This document shows positions 50,741 through 64,000 of a DNA stretch of 64,000 bases, in pieces. A program made the position numbers and the translations under genes. The stretch is from Marsupella aquatica. Taxonomy: Eukaryota > Plantae > Marchantiophyta. The stretch covers positions 31,379,112-31,443,111 of the forward strand of contig OZ316891.1 in assembly GCA_973895155.1 (NCBI GenBank), read 5' to 3'. Below the pieces are notes generated by a model. The model was not told the DNA's origin and ran no database searches. It worked only from the letters and a program-made list of their open reading frames with translations. The first letter of the stretch is position 1; every line of letters starts with the position of its first letter.

Positions 50741-53700
50741 ATGATGGTTAAGGGTGCGATGACCAGCAGTCCCACAGTGACAAGAGGGGCTCTGTTTCCT
50801 GCTAGGGCCCCACTGTCTTCTTCCATTGGTCCACAGCAGGGAAGAGCTTCATGCGGATCAAGTCGTCGTCCTGTTGTCATTGTTCTCGCTTTTCAAATGC
50901 GAATGCATTTCGCCTCTCTTTCTACTGGAAGACCTACCAAGTCAGAATTCGGTACCTCCCTCATGTCTTTCTCCATTGTATTTAATTGCGGAAATGGCTT
51001 GGGATCCCACTGTCACTCGAATCAGGATCTGTCCCGTCTTTATATATCTAACAGAAGGTTCCTTCAATAAAAGCAATACACAGATCGTTTGCGGATGACT
51101 TTTGAGCGATTCTTCCACTTGTTCTGCATCAGGGCGGCCTACCTCAAGTTTTGAAGTTTGGAATGGTGCCATCTGTTCTGCTACTTATGGTTCTACCAAC
51201 GGTAACGGTAGACCTGGGCGTGATGTTCAAGAATCTGGAGATGGCTACAATTCAGGGTTTCTAACAGAAGATCGTGAATATTCCGAAGGTGATAGCCCTT
51301 ACAGTCGGCAGGACCTCGAAATTGAGAGGATAGCAGAACCTCCTGCCAAACGGAAAGAAAAACCTTCTGGTCTGAGAAATGGGGAGGCGCCTCAGAAAGG
51401 CCTTAGTGGAAAACAGGGAGAGGATCCATACCGAGTGCTTGAGAATGGACAAAAAGTTTACTTGGATGAACTTGACGTGATCACTTTACTTGAACCACCA
51501 CCATTCTTACGCCCTTTGCCGTCCGTTTTCTATAACCACGCCGCTTTTCTCTGGTACTGTTTATTATTATATTTTGAACACTTCTTGAGTACTTCCTTTT
51601 AAGAACTAAAGGTTAGGTGACACAGATCCATCACGAAATTCAGCTTTGGACCCCTAACTATAACCAACGTGATTTGACTTTCTCAGGAAGAAGATTGGTG
51701 ACATTCCTGAGGAACGCCGACATCGATTGTTGGACCTGCTCCTGCCAAGGTGATGTACTGCGAAGCGTTCTTGCTTTAGGTCAGAGTCACTCAGATCGCT
51801 TGACACTGAGCATGACTTGGTTATGTTCTCTTTTCTCTCGTTTCTTTCCCTTAGGGTTTTCATTCCCGTATTTGTGCTGTTTCAGCACAAGAATAATCTT
51901 CATCATTACCCTCCTCTGTGCAGTCGTTGTTGTCTTCTACTATGTTTTACACTCGTCTTTGCTCCTCTAGGATTGCGTTGTCTGTCGTTATTCAGGATTT
52001 GTAGATATGGTCGTGCACCAAATTTCGCTGTTTGTCTTCTAGCAATTTGGATTTGCTGTCTACGATCTGCTAAGGGTCAAGGTTTAGAATACAGGAGCAT
52101 CCCTTCACACCTCGTATCATGAAGTACTACTAGAACTTGAAATTAGAGGCTGGTGTCCTCGATCAGGTAATAGAGCATAACATATATATTTGTCTACTAG
52201 GAATGCCTCTATGACAGAGAAGATTGACACCCAAGTAGACAACCCCGTTCCCAATAGGGTACAATCCTTCATCCTTTCGACCACCAAATGACATTGTGGG
52301 TGCGTTGCTTTTCCCATGTGCTTCGTAAATCTGGCAGACACATAACAAAAATGTGGGAGCTGTCAAAACTGCGTTATGAGGATCCCGAAGCCTTTACAGA
52401 AACTGCTGCAGACATGTTACCCAGGTCCGATGTACCTGATATGGTCAAACCCATGGTTTGGGATGGCCGAGTAATTCAAGGTATAGAAGGCTTCCATTGC
52501 CACTCTCTATGACGTAACTTCCCAAGGAAAAACAGGTCCCTCTATTGCATCTTTGATAAGTGCGATGCCTGTGTTGGATTTCTAATGTATGAGCTCCAGC
52601 AGGTCCTTTTCAGAACAGATAAAACCATTTTCTTCCACCTAAACACTATGCAAGTCCTTTACATTGGTGTGCAAGTCATCAGGTTCATTTTATTGGACAA
52701 TAGGTCAATGCTTCACCATCCCAAGTTGACTCGTCCAGATGATGAATGCATTTGGTGGGTCTTGTTTGCTACTCCCGATTCCTCTTAATCTGGTCCTCCT
52801 TTGAAATTCGTAACTTGGACTCTTGCCATTTGGCACATGTAACTACACCAAAGAAGCAAGTTTGATGATTTGCGGATTCTCCTTTTTAATTTGGGATATT
52901 CCAAAATCCAAGCCTTTACAAGTTTGATGGTGTTCGTATGTATTCAGTGCCCTGGTATTTAAAACCGTTCAGCAGATTCCAAAAGGTACATCCATCTGTC
53001 CTTGCAAATTAATATACTCTTTGTATCATTCAGGACTTCGCAGTCTTCCCTTTTCTGTCAATGGGGTTTGTGAAGAACCACGATGCCGCAAGAGTCAATT
53101 TTTTATTTTGCTTTCAAATTTCGAACTTATGGAAAACATTTTACGGTCTGGTTTTTTTCGTCAGCACGAAGTGCGTTAGCTTATCAATCAGATATTTCCA
53201 GGTTCTCTCTCCAACACAGGTTTCCAATCTCGCTGTCAAACATGTCTTCAGACTGGAGAGGTTTATAACCTCGCTGACATAGGACAAAAACTGATGCAGG
53301 TTTTTTTCATTGGTGGGGACAGCAAGATTTACGGCAGAGTGATTACAGGTTTTGCAACCTCACCACCCATGTCACTCCGAGACTCTTCACAAACATTTGT
53401 CTTATATATTATTAGAGTCTCGTAAACGGTGAGAGAAGTTGCTTGACTGAACAAGAGTGGGCAGTGTAAGACAAACTTGATGGTGTTTCATCTTTTCATA
53501 ACCGTCATCAGTCATCTTGTATTTTTTCATCAGCAGTGTTGGCCTGGCACGAAGACGAAGAGTGTGTGATGAGTTTTCAAGCCGTCTTAAACTGTGGATT
53601 GGCAGGTGGAAAATTCCTCAGCATTTTGTCGGACCGGTTGGCTCCGCTCTACTTTGAAGTAATGGATGCGGACTCTGTAATGGCAACTGAAGAACCTTGT

Positions 53701-54244
53701 GACCTTGTGCTTGAGTATGGGAATGGGCACTTGCATCTACGTGACACCATCCCCCAGGGTTTTGCAAAGCCAGGTATATTACGCTCTCTTTAAAAATCAT
53801 CAGTGGCAGTGAAGAACTTTTGACGCAAGAGAGGAAGTAAGGGATGGTGGGAGGGTTTTGGGAAAAGTTGCAGGCAACTTAGCTGGATCTTCTCTTGAAA
53901 GGATTCTCACCATCTGGACAGAGCTAGATCCGGTGCAATCTGGCCTTCCAGTAGCTTGCGTACATTGATAGCCATATTGCACCACTTTTACGTGCTGTAG
54001 CCTCCATACTTATCAAGAGATCCAATACATTCTTCTGCTCATACGGAGTTTGATACTTACATCTCCTGTTGCTTTGGGATTGACAGTGAAGCACTTACCA
54101 CCTTTCAATGATAAGGCTTGCGATTACTTGCGGGCCGTAGGACCTGGTGTGATGGTGGGCCAGACTTGGGTGGAAGGAAGAAGGCTAGAACAATTTCCAC
54201 GTCGCCTGTTTGGAGAGTTCGTTATGGTTCAAAGATTTCATTGA
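50741..54244 (+). CDS. Uncharacterised multi-exon protein with a probable plastid transit peptide
   Basis: Exons about 50741-50951, 51133-51553, 51687-51749, 52338-52481, 52948-52985, 53300-53348, 53606-53773 and 54086-54244 join into one frame. The N-terminus is S/R/A-rich and the C-terminus reads DYLRAVGPGVMVGQTWVEG...FGEFVMV. Confidence 0.8.
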
Positions 54245-56103
54245 GCTTCTGGAACCTTCGAGATAATTTGTTGTTTCCCGAGCTTCTGTTTACTTTTCTT
54301 TTTGTAGCTCTATTGCACACATCTTGCAGAAGAAGATCAACCTGTCAGTCAAAATGAGAGTGGATTCTACTCGGTGGCTCATTTGCCCCTAAAGTTCCAG
54401 GCTCAGAGTGTACTTCTACAAACATGCTGAACACCAGCAGAGGGGCAACACTGCGGTGCCACCCACTAGCAAAGTTTTTAATGAGGTGACCTCAATACAG
54501 GTTTTCCTTTTTCTTCGTATTTCACTGAATGATGTGAAGTCATGATATGAGAAGGCAAAATTCTGAATGCCTGCAGGGAATGATATTTGGGGGTAGAGTA
54601 TTTTATACCACCAAATAGAAGCCTGTACGTACTTTATTAACACCATTGTTCGTGTGTTATTTTTACTGCATAGGAGCAAGGTTGGTACTGTACAAATTGC
54701 ATCATACGCTGAGAACCTGGTACTCTTAACCATACGAAGAAGCTAAAATTGAGTGACAAGACAAAACACAAATGAGTAACAATACATGCATATTTTCACT
54801 CATCATTAACATATGCAATGAAGATTTGCACATGAGCGAATCTTCATTGAATATGACTGTGAATTCTTACTCGCAACAGGGTAGTGTACGAGGTATTCGG
54901 TCGTTCCCTTACAGGGAAAATAATCCAACCAAATCGTTCACAGAAGACTTTATTTTCCCAACGCCTTACTCAGTGTGACTAACTTTAAAATCTGTTTTCC
55001 CATACGGTGAAAACGTTCAACCAAATCACAAAACTAAATAAGTTCTCAACTTTTAACCAAGTCACTCGCGAAAGATTTTCTTCTCCTGAGGGTTCAGTGT
55101 GCCAAATCTGTTTTCCCATACTGGTGCAGGGAGAGGACTCCTGCATATATCTCGATGCCCAAACCTATGAGTTGCCCATAAGATTAGGATTTCTTCGACT
55201 TCTACATGACTAGGCGTTTGATAACATTCTGTGAGTTGTCAGCAACCAAAGTTTGGCCAGGGACCTAGAAATCTGTGTGATTGTCCTGTAGGAAAGAATT
55301 TCCTTGAAACCTGTAGGAAAGAATTTCAAACTCTGTATAAATTTTACTTTAGTGTGGATTCTGAGTTAACTCTACACCTTTTTTGAAAAAGTTCATCATA
55401 ATATTGACTCCCAAAATCTACAGTATATCATTTTAGTTTTTCAAAGAAATGGGGATGATTGTGCAAGAGATTTACAAGAGCTCTTGGTTCTTTTTGTTCT
55501 ATCTAGATTAAATCTAGACCTTATAATGAAAGGAAATTGTTGCAGTTGGCTTTTCAAGGACCCATTCAGGTATGATGTTTACCAATACTACATGGCAAGC
55601 AGTGGGCCCAAGTAAATGTTGATGGGTAGTGCATATTTTGTCCATAAAGTGGGCCAAACCAGGGTTTCCTTTGGTATTTGGGCAGGTAACACTTTTGGCA
55701 AGATGAGATGCCTCTGCTGAGCAAAAGTTTTGTACTGTCGTGTTATGACTAGAGATCTATAGTATGGTGATTACTAAAACTTTTTAAAACCCTTTTTGTA
55801 TCATTTGCAAGCCACTTCACCTGGTAGCAAATGTGCAAAAATGTGCACAAAACATAAATGAAACTGGTCCTAACATTTCCAAACTTTGGCTTCATTAGAG
55901 AGATTTACATTTATTAAACTTCATTTCAAAACATTTATGGTGTACAGGTTTGCATTTATTTACCATCCTTTCAGAATATTTTTGGTGTAGAGTGTATTCT
56001 AGAACAAGAAATGACTCTTCCAATTTGCTTGGGTGAAAAAAAGTCACAACTTGTAAAACCATCTTTAGCTCCATATATAGCTCTAGAGAACCTTTGCCCA
56101 AAC

Positions 56104-56404
56104 TGTTAGGATTTACTCTTAGGTCTAGAGTTACAATTGTACTGTAGTTAAGGTTAACCTTAGTCACAGACTTGATTAAGTTAGTCATGTTATGCACACT
56201 CTATACCCAAGCAGTGTTTGCTTGGAGAGTGGGAACTCAAGTTCATTGTTTGGTATGACCGGTCGGCCGAGAGTGCAGTAAAGCTCTTGTATGTTCCCAT
56301 GGACGTAGCCTCATGTGGCGGTGAACCACGTATCTCTCTGTGTCGACTCTTGTGCGTTGGATGGTTCATGGACTTGTCGTTGCGATTGTCGTCTATGCTC
56401 AACA
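56104..56404. mobile_element. Solo LTR A
   Basis: TGTTAGG...CTCAACA, flanked by CAAAC/CTAAC (4/5 match); homologous to 57131-57476. Confidence 0.75.
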
Positions 56405-56854
56405 CTAACCCCCTCTCCCAACTAATAGGGCATCTCAAAGCTTGGTCATTAGAGAAAGTTATGGGACCTAGTTACAGAATTTTTAAAATGGGGGGGAGGT
56501 AACATTGACCCGCCCCATAAGGCAGGAGTTTCGACTTCACCTGTCTCATACCATATATTATTTTTTCCTCAATTCTTGATCAGCCGCCGTCTCAAATGCA
56601 GTAGCGATCACCACGTCAGGAGCAAATCCCCCGTGTCTTCAGTCGCAGCTTCCTAGAGTTCTGGAGTCCTGAATTTCCGGATTTTCAGATTTCCGCCTAA
56701 AGTTGCGAGAAAGTTATGGGTTAAGTGTTGAGCTCGCGGGTTTTTTCCTTACGGTGGCTGAAGATCAACTCCCATAACTTTTACTGGAGCTTCCATAATA
56801 CTTAAGTTATGGGAGTGCCTTTATCTTGTTACAACTTTGTACTAACTTGTCCTC

Positions 56855-57130
56855 CAAATTAGCCAATATTGCTAAGCCCCCAAAACAAAATTAATTATCA
56901 ACATGTACCCCATTTTGTATTTGGGTTAAAATTAACTTGTATACAGGTTCCCATTGCCATGTGGCAAATTGCTACTCGATAGCCTGAGCCCACCGCGACA
57001 CCCCTTGGCCCCCCTTCCCCCACTTGGCTACGGGAACCCATATACGAGTTAATTTTAACCCAAATACAAATGAAGTACAGGTTGATAATTAATTTTATTT
57101 GGGGACATGCTAATAATATTGGGTAGTTTA
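56855..57130. mobile_element. Fold-back/MITE-like element with ~110-bp imperfect inverted arms
   Basis: AAAATTAATTATCAAC.TGTAC...TTTGTATTTGGGTTAAAATTAACT.GTATA.AGGTTCCC is mirrored at 57030-57120. Confidence 0.8.
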
Positions 57131-57476
57131 TGTTTTGGATTTACTTTTAGGTCTAGAGTTACAAGTGTACCGTAGTTAAGGCTAACCTTAGTCGCAGACT
57201 TGGTTAGGTTAGTCATGCCGTGCACACTCTATAACCAAGCAATGTTTGCTTGGAGAGTGGGGACTTAGGTTTATTGTTATGTAACTAATTGAGAGATAAA
57301 GAGAGCTTGCGCTATGGATGTTTGGTATGGTAGGTCGGCTTAGAGTGCAGTAAAGCTCATGTGTATTCCCGTGAATGTAACCACATGAGGAGGTGAATCA
57401 CGTATCTATCTGTGTCAACCCTTGTGTGTTGAAGGATTCATGGGCTTGTCGTTGCGATTGTCGTCTATGCTCAACA
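57131..57476. mobile_element. Solo LTR B (same family as A)
   Basis: TGTTTTGG...CTCAACA, flanked by GTTTA/ATTTA (4/5 match); carries an extra ~45 bp relative to A. Confidence 0.75.
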
Positions 57477-57586
57477 ATTTAGAGGCGACCGAACATGCCT
57501 GAAGGAAACTCAACAATTTAGGGGCGACCGAACTTGCCTGAAGGAAGCTCAACAATTTAGGGGCGACCGAACGTGCCTGAAGGAAA
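57470..57586. repeat. Three tandem 39-bp repeats spanning the LTR B junction
   Basis: CTCAACAATTTAG(A/G)GGCGACCGAACnTGCCTGAAGGAA three times. Confidence 0.92.
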
Positions 57587-58509
57587 CAGAGAATAAAAAG
57601 GAGCAAAATAGGGGGGGTTTAAGGGCTTTATGCTCATGCTCATGTGCATCGAGAGCTTGCACCGCAAAGACTAGATCGAGCTGCCAGCACATGAAGCGAC
57701 GGCGTTAATCGAGCTACCGGGCAAGGAGGCGAGGCGACCAGCTCCCAGGCGTCGAAGGCGAAAGATACACTTCCTGTAGCTGCGCAAGCTCTCGTAGAAA
57801 TAGTGACATAATCGTAAGGCTACAAATTTGCTATGCTCCGCTTTTACCTACGGAGGTCTTCACCCAATTGTTCAAGAATTTCCACCAACTCCCCACACGT
57901 TTGAAGCAGAGAGAAGAATTTTCCGAGGCTCTCGTGGATAAGCTTCGGTCTGAGGCATCCTTGTGCATTTGTCACCGCCCAGAGGAGGATTTCAAAGTGT
58001 TCTTAATGGAGTGGACGATTGCAGAAATTTGATTTCAAATAAATGGTCCGTTTCAATCGTGGCTTGCTGTTCTTGTTTTCGTCCAGGGCTTCTCTTTTAT
58101 TGACTTGAGATGAGGGAATCTTGTGCCTGCAAATGCATGTAAATGATCGGTAAGCGTACTGCTTGGTTAGTTTCTGAGGTTGGGAAGTACAGACTCTTTC
58201 TTTGCATCTTTGAACGCATAGCAACATATAATTTAGAGTTTAGTAAGACTGAGGTCTTCGCATGAGTTCATTTGATTTTCAATGATGGAAATCAGTGATG
58301 GACGTTACGTTCAGATTTCAAAGGACTGTAGAATACTTCTGAATCCTGATGTCTGTTCGGAATGTGCGCGGGCTTTTCTCGGCTCATCTCTCTTTGCCCA
58401 CAGGATCTTTGCCAACGAACGGTCGATCCTTCTGCCTCACTGTTCTAACAAGCGACCTTATAAGCTCTGACCCTCTCTTGGGAGGAGGCTTGGATCCCAA
58501 CTGTCAATC

Positions 58510-59643
58510 ATGCGGCTATTGACGCATAACATGCTCTCGTGCAACATCAAGGGAGTGACGAAGGGATTTCCTCTGGGTATCGAGGCGCAGAAGTTGGAGA
58601 CGAAGGATGCCGATTTCAATCCAGACTTTCTTCGTAACATGTTTACCAAGCTCGACTGGAAGGCTTTTCATGATGCGGCTCTTTCTGTATTTACCAGACC
58701 CTTTCCCCATTGGTGTCTTCTTGTCATGTATTGATCAGCTTTTTGGTCTACAACCAGCAAGTTCATTCGACGGGCCTTGATGTCTGTCGTAGTTTGTTTC
58801 CACTACTGGCTTAGGTCTAATGGCCCACTTTAGAATTGCGTTCGAGATGTGTCTAGGTTAGTGGTTTACGGCGAAAATGTAGCTAAACTACAGTAGATCT
58901 TGTTTAATTATTCTTATTGCTTAGTCACACTTCCTTTGATCGCATGAGAGGCAAACTCTTTCCTCCTCATTGGCAACTTGAGAAGACGGGGACATTTCCT
59001 GCACGTGCACACAGAAAAACAATCTTGTGTCAAGTGCGGCGGATTGATTTGACTGAGTGAATCTTTTCATTTCTGGTATAGGTTGGCGTGAAGGACATTC
59101 CAGAGCAGGTTGAACCAGCGATTCTAGAGGATATGGACTTTCTTCAGAAATTTCATCACGCGCTACTTGAGGTATGTCCGGAGCAGGATGTCAGCTTTGT
59201 GAGTCTCACATGTCCCGAGAATGTGATCTTTTGCCAACTAAGTGTTAGCCTTGTCTGTATGTGCCATGCCTTCTTATCTGGCTTGAGAGAATATATCATA
59301 CATATGCTCCAGTTGCCGGGTTCACACCCCGACTGTAGATATCTAGAACCATACCATATGTATGATACATCCAGAGATCTCCTTTGCCTTTATTAGAAAT
59401 GTTATTTGATTGCAATGGTCCTCATTGTAAACAAAACCGGGTGTACCGCAGCACCGTTGAGCTTGTCATCCTTTACAGTGAGTGTAGTCTAGGTCATCGT
59501 TCCATCCATTTTGCTGATAAGTAAGACGGCTACCTCTGTAGGTGCATTTGGAGGAGGGAGCTTTGATATGTCCAGAGACTGGCCGCAGATTCCCAGTTAC
59601 AAAAGGGGTACCAAACATGCTGCTACATGAGGACGAAGTTTAA
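58510..59643 (+). CDS. TRM112: Methyltransferase activator subunit TRM112-like protein
   Basis: Exons 58510-58686, 59082-59171 and 59542-59643: [16 protein letters not shown]...[40 protein letters not shown]. Confidence 0.97.
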
Positions 59644-61765
59644 GAGGCTATTAGGGCTTCGTCTTTAATCCACTGTAGATCTTAATTTTGGTCGTCGCCA
59701 GTGAGGTGTGGCTGGATGCTTGCAGCAGAGGAACTCCGCTTCTCGACACACGTTGTGAAGGACGCATCTTTCAAGGGTTTAGGGGTTTAACTGTTTTAAT
59801 GGAAATTAGAAAACCTCCTGGTTTGCTGAATGATTTCCTGTATGATTAATCCTAAGGCATTGTCACTTTGGTCTACAATCCATTTTGAATGAACAATTGG
59901 CTGATTCATGTATCAAAACCTACTAGCCTGAGTCCCATAGAAGCGCTCCTCGGAAAACAGGCATATTCGTGTGCCCCTTCCCTTCAGGCTGATATCCCTC
60001 GTGTCGGAAAACAATCGTGTTGCCACCTCCATTAGGTTAATTGTAGCAACATAGAGAAACTTTCTACGACTTGGGCACCGAAGGCTTATGGTCTGACATT
60101 AGATTTCACTTTATTGGGGATCACATCATTTCTGACGAGTGAATCTGTAGAATACGATGGTTGCTGCAGTGTCGCTTTGACCCGTACTTTTGGTCTGACT
60201 CGTCAATTTAATAAATTTCATGGGTGCACACACCCACACTTCAGCCTACAGTTGTGATGGCTGGAACCTGCGATATGACTTTTCGAACTACCAAGCCAGT
60301 CACCGCATTCGACTCAAAATGAAATCCTCTTTCGGGGGCCCCAACTACGTTTCATTAAAATAGTTCACAGCAAAGGCTCCCTGAGATCTCCCGATCGAAA
60401 CTAACTTCCTGGCGATCTCACTTTCTGGACACTTCTCAAATGTTTACACAAAGCCACTTGCCCTATTCAGTACGTACTCTGCGTTCTTTACATGTTTTCG
60501 TCCTATCAGTAGGTACTATGTGCAATCTGGCTGGGTCCCTTTCTCTCCGTCATCCACAACCTGGCCTCGTTTTCTCTTGAATGCATCTGTTACAAAGTAG
60601 GTTTGAAATTCAATTTTCCAGTGAGTATAGATGAAATTCAAGTTACGTTTTAACAATTTAATTTCTCGTTGCAATCTTTTCCTGAAACAGTGCATTGGGG
60701 TGCCCAAATTGGTGCTCACTAAAGACTGCATACTGGTAAATTGATCAAACTCCTAACCATAACTTTTCTCGGTGCGGTCTCTTCAATCTTACTTATCACT
60801 TAGCAGCATCTTCTTAGACTTTCTAGACACGCTATTGGTATTGTGCGTCATTTGTTGGAGATTCATATCTTAAGATCGCGACTATAAAGTTTCCATAAGT
60901 CGGGATTGACTTCATTGCAAACTTTAATTTCTGGCATAACAACGTGCCAGTGCAATCTTTCATCACATGACTGGCCCCAGCTGCTAAATCGGATCGTAAT
61001 CTTTCCCAATCCGATTTTCCCTAGTAGATCGACTTGCTTCAGAACTACATTGTGTTCTCCCAGGCTTTGCTTTGAACAACCTTCACGATCTGTCAGAACC
61101 TCGCCGGGGGTCCTTATTTTCACAATTTTCAAACCACAGTCAACTAAAGAAGATCGACGAGAGCAATTGCCGGGAGATTTCACGCACCGTGCAAATAGGG
61201 TTAAAAAGGAGACCACTTGGTCTATCTATGTCCACAGGTTGGCTTTCACTTGTCCAGTTCCTTGCTAAACTAACATAGGGATTTCTATAAGTCGAATCTT
61301 CTGTGCAGAACATATAGAAGATACTGCGAGAGTACAGTGATAATAGTATAATGCTCGATTCCTTTACTCTGGTGATATATTTTTCTTCCTGGAATCTTTG
61401 ACCAACAGACTCCAATGGCAGGCAGGACTTCTACAGCTCTTGGAAGAGACACTGTTTGGTTGATTTCGGGGATGACTGCCGGTACCTATGGGTTCGCCCC
61501 TCTCCTTAACGTGTCCATGAAAGGTTCATGTTGCACATAAACAGAGATATCTGCTTTACTTGACTGCTTGCCTGAATAGGGGACAGTAACCGCGGATGTA
61601 TATCTTGACCTCCTGTAGTACACGCCTAGGAGGATGGGAACAGTAACTGACCTCTTCGTGCTCAAATGTCTTGGTACGAGAGATAACTGTCTCCACCAGT
61701 TTGATATGATTTGACATGCTGCGGGAAAGGCTCCGCAAAATTGGGTCCAGATATGGAAATCATTC

Positions 61766-64000
61766 TCACCAAACTGCAAGAAACTTTAGTCGAGACGCTA
61801 AGCAGAAGCCCAAAACCAACGCAACACCGAAGGCCACATGCAGCCTCACGGCATAATACTTGGCCATGAAAATTAATTGCTTGTTCTGAAAGACAAGGAA
61901 AAAATTGGGTTAAACCATCTCGCTGGTCTTCTACTCTAGACACAAAGATGACAGTGGGTTGCCAACAGCTCCTCGTAATGAGAGTTTTGAGAACAAGTCA
62001 GTTTTAGTTTGAATCACCTAAAGCCCAGTCTGCAATGCCTCAAAGGTGGCTTCACTACCCTTAACTAAGGACGTGGAAGAAACAGCGAGTGAATACAAAA
62101 GCATACCGAATGGTTGTCTTTGATGAAATTCAGTACCAACTTCCCAATTGGCAATGTCACCAGTGAAAATATCTGCATCAACGAAAGCCATAAGGAAACC
62201 AAAAGTCTTTGGGCAATGTCGGCTAGGGATGTACCCAGTTTAATTTGAGAGCCTGTCCAGCTTTGATCCTTACGAGGGGAACGTGCTCACGGCTGAAGGT
62301 CTCGGTCACTAAGGAGAGACACTTCTCCTAAGGTATGATGGAAAACAAACAAAAAACAAGGCTACCTTATCGTAAGATCGTGCATTCGAAACCATGGGAT
62401 ATAACTCTTTGGCGTGTCGCAAATACTACGGACACATTCAACGGCTTCTATAAAGACAGTTACTTACCGCACAAGAGGGGGGTATAGCTTTTACTGCTGT
62501 CAGTATTGCTAGTAACAAGTACAACGCTGTAACAGCAGCTTGCACCACCTTTGATCCATTTGCGGTGCCCATTCTCACCTGCGCACACCTTAGTGCATGT
62601 GTTAAGTAACCCACTACAAAATAACTCAGTATTTACAACTCATTCTCAATTTCATGACAGCAAGAGAAATGGTAATTGCCACACTTGATTTATTGTAGCC
62701 CGAGTCCATAGCTTGGGTGAAGAAAGGGACAAGACAAGTACCAGTGGCGACATTTTTCCAGCCGCAGTGTCCCCCTCAATCTGGGTAAATGATGGCGAGC
62801 AAACATTAATTATATCAAGTCCAAAAATGACGGTTAAAAAGGCATTGTTGCTGATTAACACTTGTCTAAATAATTCCTCTAAGGTTTGCTCTTCCTCCTT
62901 TTCCGACTATCGGGTTTTTCTCATATGTGCTCGAACATGCCAGGTCTGATTTGAGGGGGCCGTTTCTTGCAATCTTTCATTTGTCATCTATCCATGCTGC
63001 TCGAAGGAAAGCAATAAGTACCTGATGGAAGTGACTGCAGAAGAGAATGAGAGAGGTGGTAATTCCCACAAGTACAGCCGCTCCAAGAATAGAGAGCGTC
63101 ACTGGGAGCCCCACTGTCGCACTAATATAATCCAGCGAGAGAAAGGTTATACGAAGGAAGACCCTTGGTGATACTCACTCAGAACAAGAAGAAATGCGAA
63201 CAATGATGCGATAGGACATTCATAAAGGATGAACGTAAGATATTCTATGTAGAAGGTTGAAATTATACGAAAGTTGAGGGTCGCTCTAGAGTATCGTATT
63301 CCACACCACAGTTACAAAACTTCATGAAGGACATGTGTGAATTCAAGCACCTTGGTTGTCCTTGGCTCAAATAGAAGGCAGTAGTTGCAAGAGGTCCAGA
63401 TGCCAAGAAGCACAAAGGCTCTCCCAATCCTTTGTAACTAAGCCGAAATGGAGGACACTGCAACAAAACCCGAAAGAGAATACGATACGTGAAATCACTT
63501 ACGGAGGCGACCGAGTCCGGCCCGCAACATCATTCCCTCCGTCTGACAGCCACAATGTAGATTGAACTTATGTCATTCGAACTCACACAAATATAACCTA
63601 CCGCCTAAGTGAGAACCTGATAGATGTAGCCGCACCCAATTGCTGCTGCCAACAACACTGCGACACGCATATCACTTGCTCGACTCGCACCAAAGACAAG
63701 GCCTGTAAATCCGACGAGAAGACAACCAAAAGCTGCCCAAAGTACACCCTTCTGACTGCACAAGGAATAGCCACGCAAATCCTCAGTGAGTTGGGTGGAC
63801 AGCTGAAGGTAGTCTCTCAAAAAGATGGAGCTATGCTGTGGGTGAACTCAAATTTCTCAGCCCAGGTAATATTTCAACGGTTACCAAGCGTCTGTATGAC
63901 GAGCCTTGCCACCGCTCGAAATCTAGCCAGTTTCTATCACTACTTCATTCCTTCCAGAGACATTCGCATTATGCTATACCTGCCAGTTATATTAACAACC
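61766..64000 (-). CDS. menA: 1,4-dihydroxy-2-naphthoate phytyltransferase (UbiA family; MenA/ABC4), 5' part outside the window
   Basis: Minus-strand exons encode VVNITG, AAAIGCGYIYQ, CPPFRLSYKGLGEPLCF, GITTSLILFCSHFHQ, IEGDTAAGKMSPL, VRMGTANGSKV and IFMAKYYAVRLH; stop at 61766-61768. Confidence 0.94.

Noticed and set aside
51055-51132. Apparent premature TGA in the plastid-protein gene
   Set aside because: A better acceptor with a pyrimidine tract at 51132 skips it and keeps the frame.

Overview
Intron-containing land-plant nuclear DNA; gene style suggests a bryophyte (probably a liverwort), which is inference only. The first 8 kb hold a complete but decayed Ty1/copia LTR retrotransposon on the minus strand (394-8019, 332-bp LTRs, GATTA target-site duplication, tRNA-iMet PBS, PPT). 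A 1.7-kb solo-LTR-like insert with an array of 18-bp palindromes interrupts its pol. The element also carries an unexpected antisense ORF (844-1326) between RNase H and the 3' LTR. That ORF encodes a predicted membrane anchor plus an RNase H1/caulimovirus-P6-type hybrid-binding domain, and it is the most novel-looking item in the window. Further along are an EF-hand gene fragment, an RGS1-like 7TM gene that ends in a coiled coil instead of an RGS box, a two-ORF PIF/Harbinger transposon relic, a Tourist-like MITE, sorbitol dehydrogenase, a MIP1-zipper/DUF547 gene, a VOC/glyoxalase-like pseudogene, an uncharacterised probably plastid-targeted gene, two related solo LTRs, TRM112 and the 3' part of menA/ABC4. 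Exon coordinates were read by eye from GT-AG sites and reading frames, and no database searches were run.
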